NCBI GenBank assembly: GCA_948806215.1
Contig: CAQIDI010000003.1
Location: 27,948 to 91,947, forward strand
Direction: 5' to 3'
Length of the DNA stretch: 64,000 nt
Origin: an uncultured Eubacteriales bacterium
Lineage (GTDB): Bacteria > Bacillota > Clostridia > Christensenellales > UBA1242
Position numbers and translations under genes: made by a program. The notes below the pieces were generated by a model, which searched no databases, had not been told where the DNA came from, and saw only the letters and a program-made list of their open reading frames with translations. How positions within the stretch are numbered: position 1 is the first letter of the stretch; the number at the start of each line of letters is the position of its first letter. This document shows positions 55,205 through 64,000 of this stretch, piece by piece.

Positions 55205-55681
55205 TTAATAAGAATGTAGTATTAGTGGATAGCCTATTAAATAAGCGTTTTCGGTTTCGGCTATTTGAATATTTATTTTATTATTTTCGCTTGTTAAATA
55301 AGTTGGCAACATATTTGAATATGCTGTTACAACCAACCTATCGTTAACGTGTTCGGAAGAAATTATTTTTAAATTTAATTTTTTGCATATTTCTCCAAAC
55401 CCAAAATCCTTACTAACTTCAACACATTCACCCGAAACAGAGCACCCCGAAACTAAAATGGAATTGGCTAACTTTATATCGGTTTTTATTATTGCACCAT
55501 TGCCATTTAATGTAACCTCATATTTAGAACAATCAATGTTATTCAAGTTATTAACATAAGCAAAGTAACAAATTGCATTGTTATTAAACACTTCACTAAG
55601 CGTGGTGTTTGATAACAAGTTAACTGCAAACAAGCTTGAAATAACCAAAATAAATGCTAATAATTTTTTCAAATTAAACAT
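55205..55681 (-). CDS. Secreted or membrane-anchored YwmB-like (DUF1779, TATA-box-binding-like fold) protein
   Basis: 158 aa with an N-terminal signal or anchor (LLAFILVISSLFAV). The C-terminus KINIQIAETENAYLIGYPLILHSY resembles the YwmB family end (MNLQIALR....TVGTPIVTTEY). The SD is weak. Confidence 0.5.
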   Translation of the reverse strand: MFNLKKLLAFILVISSLFAVNLLSNTTLSEVFNNNAICYFAYVNNLNNIDCSKYEVTLNGNGAIIKTDIKLANSILVSGCSVSGECVEVSKDFGFGEICKKLNLKIISSEHVNDRLVVTAYSNMLPTYLTSENNKINIQIAETENAYLIGYPLILHSY

Positions 55682-55708
55682 CCTTTACTTAGTATTTTTA
55701 ATGAGGAC

Positions 55709-55738
55709 TAAAAAAATCATCCCATTAGGAATGATTTA
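55709..55738 (-). terminator. Rho-independent terminator after the 377-aa gene
   Basis: Minus RNA is AAAUCAUUCC-UAAU-GGGAUGAUUU followed by a U run. Confidence 0.7.
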
Positions 55739-55759
55739 CTTAAAACTATTTATTTAAAC

Positions 55760-56893
55760 TTAAAACTCATTTAAAAAACCAAACTCTCTTAAGAATGTTA
55801 CAAAATTTGCATTAGAACTTTGTTCTGGCAATTTGTTAAAAGCTTGCTTTATTAAATTTGGTTTTAAATACTTTAACTGAGAATATCCTTTATCAAATTG
55901 CAAATTTAAAAACTTGTTAAAGGCTTTTAAAAACATTCGTTTATACTTTAATAAAACTATAGAAAAATCGTTTTTAACACCATTAAAATTGTTAAGTAAT
56001 GCTGTAGATTCGTAATTAAAATTATATAGATTATTATTAATTAATTGATTATTATTAACCTTAATTGCTCTAAATTGTTCCACTCTATTTTCGGCATTAA
56101 AACCAGTTAAACTGCTAATATAATCTATATTAAAAACATAATTAAAAGCATTAAATAAAATTTTAGAACTATAGCCTAGTGCATAGCCATAATTAAATTT
56201 TTGTTCACTATTATAAATTAAATTATTTGCTAAATTATAGACATTACAATTTAAGTAATTGTTGTAAATTAAACTAGCAATGGCGTGCACAAGTTTACAA
56301 AAATATAACTTACCAAATTTTGAATTAAGTACACTTTGAGGAATTGTTGCAAAATTAAACAACAACTTTTCTAGCTTAATCAAGTTTTGTGCCCCAACAT
56401 TTTGTTCGTAAACACAAGCATTAAAAACTTGTTCAATAACAAAACTAAACATTGATAAACATTCTCCAACACAACTACAAAAAGCGTGCAAACTGCAATC
56501 TGTTACTCGATTAAAATTATATATAACAAACTTTGCGCTAGCGTTAATTTCACTAATCGATGGTGACACACAAACAAAAGCAGTGTTATTATAAAACTTA
56601 TTAATCTCGTTTAAAACCCACAAATTTTCTATTACAACAATTAGTCCAACATCGTCGGTTAATTCTTTTTTTATTAGTCTTATTACAAGTTCGTTGTTAA
56701 GTGCATTATCTGGCAATTCAATAAACTTATAACTGCCATAATTAGAAATAACAGAATTAACAAAGCCTATATTATTATTAATATTTTGTTTTGTAGCCAC
56801 AATTAAACATTTAAAAAAACCATTATTACTTCGAATTAAGTTAAAAAACTCTTCATCGGCATTACTACCAAAAATAACATTTTTTTGTTCCAT
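55760..56893 (-). CDS. Hypothetical cytoplasmic protein (377 aa, N/F/K-rich)
   Basis: AGGAG SD, no signal peptide. The length and layout (N-terminal alpha/beta part ...KCLIVAT...GLIVVIEN...VCVSPSI, then a helical C-half) are loosely reminiscent of the DHQS / Fe-ADH / G1PDH superfamily. The Gly-rich NAD motif and the metal-binding His motifs are not evident. Confidence 0.7.
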   Translation of the reverse strand: MEQKNVIFGSNADEEFFNLIRSNNGFFKCLIVATKQNINNNIGFVNSVISNYGSYKFIELPDNALNNELVIRLIKKELTDDVGLIVVIENLWVLNEINKFYNNTAFVCVSPSISEINASAKFVIYNFNRVTDCSLHAFCSCVGECLSMFSFVIEQVFNACVYEQNVGAQNLIKLEKLLFNFATIPQSVLNSKFGKLYFCKLVHAIASLIYNNYLNCNVYNLANNLIYNSEQKFNYGYALGYSSKILFNAFNYVFNIDYISSLTGFNAENRVEQFRAIKVNNNQLINNNLYNFNYESTALLNNFNGVKNDFSIVLLKYKRMFLKAFNKFLNLQFDKGYSQLKYLKPNLIKQAFNKLPEQSSNANFVTFLREFGFLNEF

Positions 56894-57063
56894 ATTAACT
56901 CCTAGGATATTTTAAAATAATCCTAAAAATATAGCATTAAATTTTGGTGTTATTATTTTTTTTAAATAGTCTAATTTTGTATTAATTTATATAATTTTAA
57001 ATTAATATATAAATATTATTTTTATAATTCCATAAACTAATAAAAATTTTTATTAGGGAAACT

Positions 57064-58470
57064 ATGAAAAAAATTATTGTTTTATCTTATGTTTTTATTC
57101 TTTTAATAGTAGCCTTAGTGGGAACAACCTATTCTTCTCCTGAAAGCACAATATTAAAAGAAGTTACAAATTCGACTAACCTACAAAATGTTGTGGATTT
57201 AATAGACTTAAACGAATATGGCAAGGCTATGAACACGCTTGAACAAATTAATGGCCTAGATCAACAATTAGTTGGGTATAATAAAAACAAATTTAATTTA
57301 TTGTTAAGCGAATATAAAAAAATACTTATTTCCGAAGCACAAAAACTTAGCGACGAAAATAACAACACTTTTGCACTTAATTTGTTAAATTCTAAGCTTA
57401 AATATTATAAAAACGATGAAAGCATTAATGCCCTTATTGCATATAACGAAAATATTATCAAAAGCAAAAATTTAGTAGAATATACAGGCGAAATTGAACA
57501 CCTATTCACACACTGCCTTCTTGCCTTTCCAGAACAGGCCCTAAACCCTAAAAACTCTATGAGTAAGGATTACGACCGAGATTGCTTAACACCAACCGAA
57601 TTTAAGCGAATTTTAAGTTCTCTATATAACAACAATTATGTGTTAATAGATATTGATAGCATATATGAAGTTAAAAACGGAATAACAGTTAAGAAAAAAC
57701 TAATGCTACCACAAGGCAAAAAACCACTAATATTTTCGTTTGATGATGTGAACTACGATTCTAAAAAGAAAAATAAAGGAATGGTTGATAAAATTATTCT
57801 TGATAGAAACAATCAAATAGCAACCTACACATCTAAGCAATCCATAGCAAAACGAGTTTCTTACGATAACGAATTTGTAACTATTATGGAAGCATTTATT
57901 AAAAACCACCCGGATTTTAGTTTTAATGGTGCACGCGGAGTTATTAATTTAACAGGTTACGACGGAATTTTAGGCTACAGAACACAAAAAAGCAACGCCA
58001 CCAATCGTTACGAAATTAAAAAAGCAACCGAAGTTGTTACTAAATTGAAAAATTTAGGCTGGAAATTTGCTAGCCACAGTTACGGACATTATCATATGAA
58101 AAACATAACCGATATGGAATTTGCTAAAGAAGTTCAAAATTGGCAAAACGAAGTTGCTCCAATAATTGGCGAAACTGCAATTTATGTTTATCCTTATGGT
58201 GAGTGGGAAGTTAAAACCGATAATAACGAACTAAGTTACAAGCACAAACTTTTGTTAGATGCTGGCTTTAAATTATTTTTAGGCGTGGGTGGCAAAAACT
58301 TTTTTGGCTATGTTCCTATTGGTAGTGGCGAAAATCACACTTTGCTTATGGATAGAAAATCTATAGATGGTAGAACTCTTAGAAGCAACAAAGTTCAGTA
58401 TAGTCACCTATTTAATTGCGAAGAAGTGTATGATAATATTAATAGAACAATACCATTTAATCAAGAATAA
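57064..58470 (+). CDS. Polysaccharide deacetylase (NodB homology domain) family protein, N-terminally anchored
   Basis: 468 aa and the only plus-strand gene. It has an N-terminal hydrophobic anchor, NodB motif 1 LIFSFDDV (TFDDG-like) and motif 2 ASHSYGH (H-S/T-x-x-H). Confidence 0.75.
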   Translation: MKKIIVLSYVFILLIVALVGTTYSSPESTILKEVTNSTNLQNVVDLIDLNEYGKAMNTLEQINGLDQQLVGYNKNKFNLLLSEYKKILISEAQKLSDENNNTFALNLLNSKLKYYKNDESINALIAYNENIIKSKNLVEYTGEIEHLFTHCLLAFPEQALNPKNSMSKDYDRDCLTPTEFKRILSSLYNNNYVLIDIDSIYEVKNGITVKKKLMLPQGKKPLIFSFDDVNYDSKKKNKGMVDKIILDRNNQIATYTSKQSIAKRVSYDNEFVTIMEAFIKNHPDFSFNGARGVINLTGYDGILGYRTQKSNATNRYEIKKATEVVTKLKNLGWKFASHSYGHYHMKNITDMEFAKEVQNWQNEVAPIIGETAIYVYPYGEWEVKTDNNELSYKHKLLLDAGFKLFLGVGGKNFFGYVPIGSGENHTLLMDRKSIDGRTLRSNKVQYSHLFNCEEVYDNINRTIPFNQE

Positions 58471-58497
58471 AAAAGAAGAGTTAAAGCTCTTCTTTTT
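58469..58497. terminator. Shared bidirectional terminator between convergent genes
   Basis: AAAAAGAAGAG-TTAAAG-CTCTTCTTTTT. It lies directly after the deacetylase stop and overlaps the last codons (EKEEL*) of the minus-strand gene. Confidence 0.55.
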
Positions 58498-59851
58498 CTA
58501 TAATATTTTTTTCTAACAACATTTTTTCGTTAACCAAACGGCGGTTTTTACGATTACCATATGCAAAGTCGTAAATAATTACAACTAAGCCTTGAAACAA
58601 GTAAATAAAGTAGTTAAAAATTCTGTATAGTAATAGTGCCCAGAATAATGTTCCATCGCCAAATAGACTAGCAAATAAGGCGGAAAACGAAATTTCGGCA
58701 ACCCCAGTTCCACCCGGAAGTGGAATATATTTTGTTGCAAGTTCTATTATAATAAATTTGCTAAACACTTCCATAACAACATCAATGGATGCACTAGCAT
58801 TAAAAACACAATAAATCATAAGTGGAATTATTGCTTTTAAAACCACAATTAAGCCAGAGCTAACAAACGAAACTATAACTATTAAAACGCTTTTAGCATA
58901 AAACCTCATACTTTTTTGATATTCTAAAATAACTTTCATACATTTATTAAAAGTTAAATTATAGTCTTTAACCAATTTTAACTTATGCAAAAGTTTTATA
59001 AAAAACATTGTTATTTTTGGCATTATTTTTTTACTAATAGAAAACATTAAAACCGTTCCTACTAGAAAAATAGCAATAACTAAACTTATTATTCCCCAAG
59101 TGGTAACAGCAATCTGATTTTCGCCAAACAGGTTTGAACCAAATATTAATACTATTATAGAAACTATAATAAACGCAATAACTTGAAAAACACTTTTTGC
59201 TAACGGAACACTAGTTGCTGGCCCACCTTTTAAGCCACGACTATTTAAATAAAACACTTCAAAAGGCTGGCCACCAGTTGCAAATGGTGTTATGCAATCG
59301 TAAAATCTGTTAATAACTGCCGACTTATAACTTAGTATTGGTCTAACTGTTTTTGTAACTTTAAATATTAATATAAAGGTTCTAAAACTTTCAAGTAACA
59401 TTATTAAAGCAAAAATAAGTAGAGCATAAACAATAAATATCCATCTAAAGGTTGTTAGTTTTTCGATTGTTGCAACACCCATTTTGTTAATTTGATAAAT
59501 AAGTATTCCAACTACCACTAAAATATTTAATATAAAAAACGAAACATTAAGCCATTTTGTTGGCTTTTTATTTTGCTTTTCAACTGCTTTATTAGCTTGC
59601 TTTAAAGCTTCGGTTTCAATTGCTAAATTATCGTAGTTAATAGCAATTTCTTCATCGGATACGGCTAAGCCTTTATCCTTATTGAGCATAAAAACAGTGG
59701 TACACTTTTTTGCCTTTTTTACTTTTAGTTTTTGATTAACATTGTTATTTTTATTTGAAATTAATTTATGGTCAGCAAAAAAATAAACACTATTATTGTT
59801 TACATTGTTTTTATTATTATCTTTTTTTATCAAATCTTTTTTTGTTGACAT
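58481..59851 (-). CDS. Lysylphosphatidylglycerol-synthase TM-region / flippase-like (UPF0104) integral membrane protein
   Basis: 456 aa. A K/N-rich cytoplasmic N-terminal stretch of about 100 aa is followed by about 8 TM helices. The motif ITPFATGGQPFEVFYL is typical of PF03706-type proteins. The SD is weak (AGAGAG), so the start is uncertain. Confidence 0.7.
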   Translation of the reverse strand: MSTKKDLIKKDNNKNNVNNNSVYFFADHKLISNKNNNVNQKLKVKKAKKCTTVFMLNKDKGLAVSDEEIAINYDNLAIETEALKQANKAVEKQNKKPTKWLNVSFFILNILVVVGILIYQINKMGVATIEKLTTFRWIFIVYALLIFALIMLLESFRTFILIFKVTKTVRPILSYKSAVINRFYDCITPFATGGQPFEVFYLNSRGLKGGPATSVPLAKSVFQVIAFIIVSIIVLIFGSNLFGENQIAVTTWGIISLVIAIFLVGTVLMFSISKKIMPKITMFFIKLLHKLKLVKDYNLTFNKCMKVILEYQKSMRFYAKSVLIVIVSFVSSGLIVVLKAIIPLMIYCVFNASASIDVVMEVFSKFIIIELATKYIPLPGGTGVAEISFSALFASLFGDGTLFWALLLYRIFNYFIYLFQGLVVIIYDFAYGNRKNRRLVNEKMLLEKNIIEKEEL

Positions 59852-60015
59852 ATTAAAACTCTCTTTTAAATATACCTAAATTAAATTATAATGTCAAAGA
59901 AATACTAAATAAGCATTAAAAATAATATAGAATCCTTATTTTATACACTGCATAAATATACAATATTATTTATACCACATAACATAACAATATTTCATTA
60001 TTCCCCTTTATTAAG

Positions 60016-60046
60016 CAAAAAAGAAAGCATTTGGCTTTCTTTTTTT
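60016..60046 (-). terminator. Rho-independent terminator after the PrsA-like gene
   Basis: Minus RNA is AAAAAAAGAAAGC-CAAAU-GCUUUCUUUUUU. Confidence 0.75.
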
Positions 60047-60078
60047 ATTTTATATTTATTTAATATCTATTATTAATA

Positions 60079-61731
60079 TTACTTAGCATCAAATATTTTT
60101 AAATATCTATCAGGATAGTAATTAATCTTTTTTGCAGTAGCAGTTAAATCATCAATTACATTATTTAAGTAGTTAGAAACTAAAGATTCGTCCAATTTTA
60201 AAGTATCATATTCGTAGTTAAAAATTGTTTTATTAGAAGAACTTTGTGTTTTAACATTATATAATGCTTGCCAAGTTAAATTGTTAATATTGTTATATTC
60301 AACAATGTTTTTAACTGGTCCAAGATTTAATAACACGTGATAACCAAATTCGGTTTTAACAGGAGCAATACTCATAGAACCTTTTGAATCAGCACCACGG
60401 GTAATATCTTTTTTATAAAGGCTTCTAGCTTCGTCGGCAAATTCTTTTACCATTTTATCTTCTACAGAAGTATCAAGATTAACAACATAAGCAAAATCTT
60501 TGTTCATAATGCCTTCATCATCGTTATATTTATAAATATAACTGTTAAATGCTTTAGCACGCTCTGTAAAATAAATATCTGCATCATATTTATTAACGCC
60601 TTGTTTAATATCTTCAAAAGCGCTTTCAATGTTTGTTGTTACAATTTCGCCAGCATCGTTAACATATTTAACTAATGTGTTTTCCATACTGGTTATTTCT
60701 TCCATTTTAGTATTGTAATAATACTCATCAATGGTGTTAGATTTTAAATCAGCTTTTAATTTTTCAATTTGTTTAGTTTGCTCATCGCTATATTTAAATA
60801 AGATGTGTGTTACCCACATATATTCGTTGCCTGAATTTGGATGATAGTAAACAGCACTAGCATCGCTACCCATAGCAGCGTGATAAGCAGTTTTGTTGTT
60901 TGCAAATTTTTCGTAATCGCGTTTATATTTTTCGATATAAGCATTAACAACTGCTTGCGAGTTAATATCAGAACTGTTTAAAACAGTGGTTTGATATTTA
61001 CTAATATATTTATTTTCTTCTAAAATACCATAAATACGATTAATTTCGTTTTTTAATAAATCTTCTTCTTTTACTTTTTTACCAAGATTTTCGTTATTTT
61101 CTTTTAATTGCTTTTTAAAACGCTTCATTGCTTCTTTAGAAACATCTTCGTCGGTTATATTTTGAACAAATTCACCCGGATCAGAAACAATTTCTTCATC
61201 TTCATCAACAACGCGTTCTAAGTAAGGATTTAAACCATTTTCATCGGTTGACATTTTAATTGTTGGTTCATATTCGGTGTATTCTGCACGCAAAGAAGTT
61301 TTTTCTTCTTCGTTCTTTTCAGGTTCGTTAACAACTCTATCCCACTCAACTCTAATTTCGGTTTCTAGTTCTTTTAATTGAGCATTAATATTGTCGTAGG
61401 CTTGTTTTTTTAGAGTGTTTTTTTCGTTATCGGTTAATGTTAACTTTGTTTTTATTTCTTCCACTAACATATAACGTTGAACCATTAGCTTAGCTGTTGA
61501 TTCAAGTGCATCTTCCATTTTGCTACCGTTTTGAACATATTGATAACCATAGTTTACATATGTCCAATAAAAATCTTCCATAGTAAACTTTTTAGTATTG
61601 TTATCAGCATAAACTATTTCGGTTACAACCTGACTATAATATTTACTTTTATTTAATTCTGTTAAGTTACATCCTGCTAGCATTAATACACAAATAACTA
61701 GCGAGAATAAACACGATAAAATCTTTTTCAT
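60079..61731 (-). CDS. PrsA/SurA-like foldase lipoprotein (parvulin-type PPIase-like)
   Basis: 550 aa. The lipoprotein signal is MKKILSCLFSLVICVLMLAGC (lipobox LAGC). Parvulin-like fragments are WVTHILFKY and TEFGYHVLLNLG. GGAG SD. Its position just downstream of mfd matches many Bacillota. Confidence 0.7.
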   Translation of the reverse strand: MKKILSCLFSLVICVLMLAGCNLTELNKSKYYSQVVTEIVYADNNTKKFTMEDFYWTYVNYGYQYVQNGSKMEDALESTAKLMVQRYMLVEEIKTKLTLTDNEKNTLKKQAYDNINAQLKELETEIRVEWDRVVNEPEKNEEEKTSLRAEYTEYEPTIKMSTDENGLNPYLERVVDEDEEIVSDPGEFVQNITDEDVSKEAMKRFKKQLKENNENLGKKVKEEDLLKNEINRIYGILEENKYISKYQTTVLNSSDINSQAVVNAYIEKYKRDYEKFANNKTAYHAAMGSDASAVYYHPNSGNEYMWVTHILFKYSDEQTKQIEKLKADLKSNTIDEYYYNTKMEEITSMENTLVKYVNDAGEIVTTNIESAFEDIKQGVNKYDADIYFTERAKAFNSYIYKYNDDEGIMNKDFAYVVNLDTSVEDKMVKEFADEARSLYKKDITRGADSKGSMSIAPVKTEFGYHVLLNLGPVKNIVEYNNINNLTWQALYNVKTQSSSNKTIFNYEYDTLKLDESLVSNYLNNVIDDLTATAKKINYYPDRYLKIFDAK

Positions 61732-61831
61732 AAATCTCCAAATACCATTTTAGTATATTTTGACCATATTTTGATTATTGGTCGATTACTAATAGATTAT
61801 ACCTAATTGCAAAAAATTTATCAAATATAAA

Positions 61832-64000
61832 TTAATTATTATTAAAATTATTTAATATATTAATTATACTAATGCAAGTTTTTTCGACAGATTGCAATAC
61901 TTTTAATAATACTTCAACTCCATTTTCTAAATTCAAATTTGCTTTTAATATTTTGTTGTTGCATATTTGTGATGCAATTTTTAAAGTTTTTTCGTTAGAA
62001 TTAACAAATTTTATTTTAACTTCGCTCATTCCAATACTAACCTTTTTAACACCTAGTGTTTTAGTTAAATTTTTAATAACCGCAACATACATAAGCCTTA
62101 GTAACTCTTGTGGCACTTCACCATAGCTTTCGTTAAATTTCTCGCTTAACGAAGCCATTTGTTCTAAACTACTTAATTTTGAAATTTGACTATAGGCACT
62201 AATGCGAGCACCAGTTCCACTAACATAATAATTAGGCAAATTTGCTTCGAAATAGCAATCCATTTTAACATCGCTAAAGCTTTCGGATTCTAACCCATCA
62301 CCTTCTTTAATAGCATCGTTCAAAAGCGTTAAATACATACTATATCCAACACTTTCAATATGTCCGCTTTGTTCAGCCCCAAAAACGCTTCCTGCGCCCC
62401 TTATTTCTAAATCACGCATAGCAATTTTAAAACCATTTCCCAACCCAGAATACTCTATAATTGCACTTAAGCGCTTATAAGCTTCGTCGGTTAAAACTTT
62501 ACCTTTAGCGTAGGTAAAAAGTGCATAGGCTTGTTTATCCGACCTACCAATTCTACCTTTTAATTGATATAACTGGCTAAGTCCCAAATTATCGGCATCA
62601 ACAACAATTAAAGTGTTTGCATTAGGTAAATCAATTCCATTTTCAATAAGTGTTGTGCTTATTAATATTTGCGTTTTGTTATTATATAAATTAAAAATAC
62701 TATTTTCTAAAATATTCTCCGACATTTGTCCGTGAGCAACATCTATTACAACATTTTCTCCCACCAAATTTTTAATTGTTTTTGCAAAGTCGTATATTGT
62801 TTCAACACGATTATAAACTATTAAAACCTGTCCTGCTCTCTCTAATTCTCGTTCAATATAGGATTTTATTATGTGTTCATCATATTCGCTAACATTAGCA
62901 TTAACCGGAATACGATTAAACGGAGGTGTTGCAATAACACTTATATCTTTAACACCAATTAAAGAAATATGCATTGTTCTTGGAATTGGTGTTGCCGACA
63001 ATGTTAAAACATCAATGTTTGTTTTTAGCTTTTTAATTTTTTCTTTGTGTTCAACACCAAAGCGTTGCTCTTCATCCAAAATTAGAAAACCCAACTTTTT
63101 AAATTCAACATCAGAGCTAAGCAGCCTATGTGTTCCGCACAAAATATCTATTTCACCATCAGCAAGTTTTTTTAGTATAGTTTTAGCTTCAGCTTTTGTT
63201 TTAAACCTATTTAAAACTTCCACTCTAACACCAAAGTTTTGCATACGCGATAAGATTGTGTTATAGTGCTGTTCACTTAAAATTGTTGTAGGGCAAAGCA
63301 ACATTACCTGATAACCACTTAAAATTGCACGAAATGCTGCACGCATTGCAACTTCTGTTTTACCATAGCCAACATCGCCACAAACTAGCCTGTCCATAAC
63401 CTTACCAGTTACCATATCTTGTTTAATATTGTTTACAGCCACTTCCTGATCGGCAGTTAAAGAGTAAGGAAAACTTTTTTCAAATTCTTCCATTATTTCA
63501 TCGTTATCTGCAAACTTAATACCATTGCACTTGCTGCGTTCGGCATACACTTTTTTAAGGTTGAAAGTTAATTGCTTTAAGCCAGCCTTTACTTTTTGCT
63601 TGGTTTTTATAAAGTCGTTAGTGCCAAGTTTGTTTAATTTTGGTGCTTTATCCGAGCCCAAATATTTAGAAAGCGAATCTATGTTTTCAACTGGTAAAAA
63701 CAATTTGTCTCCGCCCTTATATTCAAGTTGAACATAATCTTTTGTTATATTATTTAATGTTAGTTTTGTTAAGGCAACACATTTACCAATTCCAAATGTA
63801 GAATGAACAACAAAATCGCCAACGCTTGGTAAAAACCCAAAAGCATCTTCAGATTCTAATTTTACTGGTTTATTTAAAGGAACTTTTTTATGTAAACCAA
63901 TAACAACCAATTTTTCATCTGGCAAACAATAACTATAGCCTAAATCTTTTTTAACAATATTTATTGCACCTTTGCTAACTTGCGATATTGCGTTAACAAT
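61832..64000 (-). CDS. mfd: Transcription-repair coupling factor (N-terminal part outside the window)
   Basis: GDFVVHSTFGIGKC (TRCF/CarD-like domain), helicase Walker A GDVGYGKTEVAMRAAF, DEEQRFGV, and motif VI QLKGRIGRS. The track's initial M at 63925 is a TTG. The reading frame stays open from 63926 to 64000, so the gene continues upstream. Confidence 0.93.
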   Translation of the reverse strand: MVNAISQVSKGAINIVKKDLGYSYCLPDEKLVVIGLHKKVPLNKPVKLESEDAFGFLPSVGDFVVHSTFGIGKCVALTKLTLNNITKDYVQLEYKGGDKLFLPVENIDSLSKYLGSDKAPKLNKLGTNDFIKTKQKVKAGLKQLTFNLKKVYAERSKCNGIKFADNDEIMEEFEKSFPYSLTADQEVAVNNIKQDMVTGKVMDRLVCGDVGYGKTEVAMRAAFRAILSGYQVMLLCPTTILSEQHYNTILSRMQNFGVRVEVLNRFKTKAEAKTILKKLADGEIDILCGTHRLLSSDVEFKKLGFLILDEEQRFGVEHKEKIKKLKTNIDVLTLSATPIPRTMHISLIGVKDISVIATPPFNRIPVNANVSEYDEHIIKSYIERELERAGQVLIVYNRVETIYDFAKTIKNLVGENVVIDVAHGQMSENILENSIFNLYNNKTQILISTTLIENGIDLPNANTLIVVDADNLGLSQLYQLKGRIGRSDKQAYALFTYAKGKVLTDEAYKRLSAIIEYSGLGNGFKIAMRDLEIRGAGSVFGAEQSGHIESVGYSMYLTLLNDAIKEGDGLESESFSDVKMDCYFEANLPNYYVSGTGARISAYSQISKLSSLEQMASLSEKFNESYGEVPQELLRLMYVAVIKNLTKTLGVKKVSIGMSEVKIKFVNSNEKTLKIASQICNNKILKANLNLENGVEVLLKVLQSVEKTCISIINILNNFNNN

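Noticed and set aside
1-64000. Mollicutes-type genetic code 4 (TGA = Trp), given the low GC and lipoprotein-rich content
   Set aside because: Trp is encoded by TGG where checked, for example GEWQPIG near 32600. spoIIID terminates at a TGA embedded in its terminator. Both giant ORFs and all core genes are intact under code 11.
4059-64000. tRNA, rRNA or other structured RNA genes in the intergenic regions (4059-4379, 4659-4808, 5085-5352, 12677-13159, 35618-35985, 53611-53816, 54081-54241, 56894-57063, 59852-60078, 61732-61831)
   Set aside because: These spacers are almost pure A/T apart from terminator hairpins and the 53664..53678 GC patch. I saw nothing resembling a tRNA cloverleaf (no GTTCRANNC T-loop context) or an rRNA. 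Small RNAs cannot be excluded without expression data.

Overview
This is a very AT-rich window (roughly 30% GC by eye, not computed) from a low-GC Bacillota-like genome. It uses the standard code 11: Trp is TGG, spoIIID ends at TGA just inside a terminator, and both giant ORFs stay open under code 11. All genes but one lie on the minus strand. The low-coordinate end holds a conserved core block: tuf (partial), fusA, rpsG, rpsL, two small orphan genes, rpoC and rpoB. The high-coordinate end holds spoIIID, acpP, a SpoIIQ-like degenerate LytM protein, a YwmB-like protein, an unknown 377-aa protein, a polysaccharide deacetylase, an LPG-synthase-TM/flippase-like membrane protein, a PrsA-like lipoprotein and mfd (partial). 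Between them, 40.1 kb (63% of the window) is taken up by two tandem, co-oriented, uninterrupted ORFs of 7,485 and 5,874 codons. Each has its own sigmaA-type promoter, SD, lipoprotein signal peptide with lipobox, and rho-independent terminator. The two are collinear but diverged paralogues built from Ig-like (Big_2-like) arrays alternating with GLUG-like beta-helix units, and they have different C-termini. This giant lipoprotein pair is the main candidate for an undescribed surface system. I saw no rRNA, tRNA, CRISPR array, transposase or integrase. All domain calls come from motif recognition by eye, and sub-domain coordinates are approximate.
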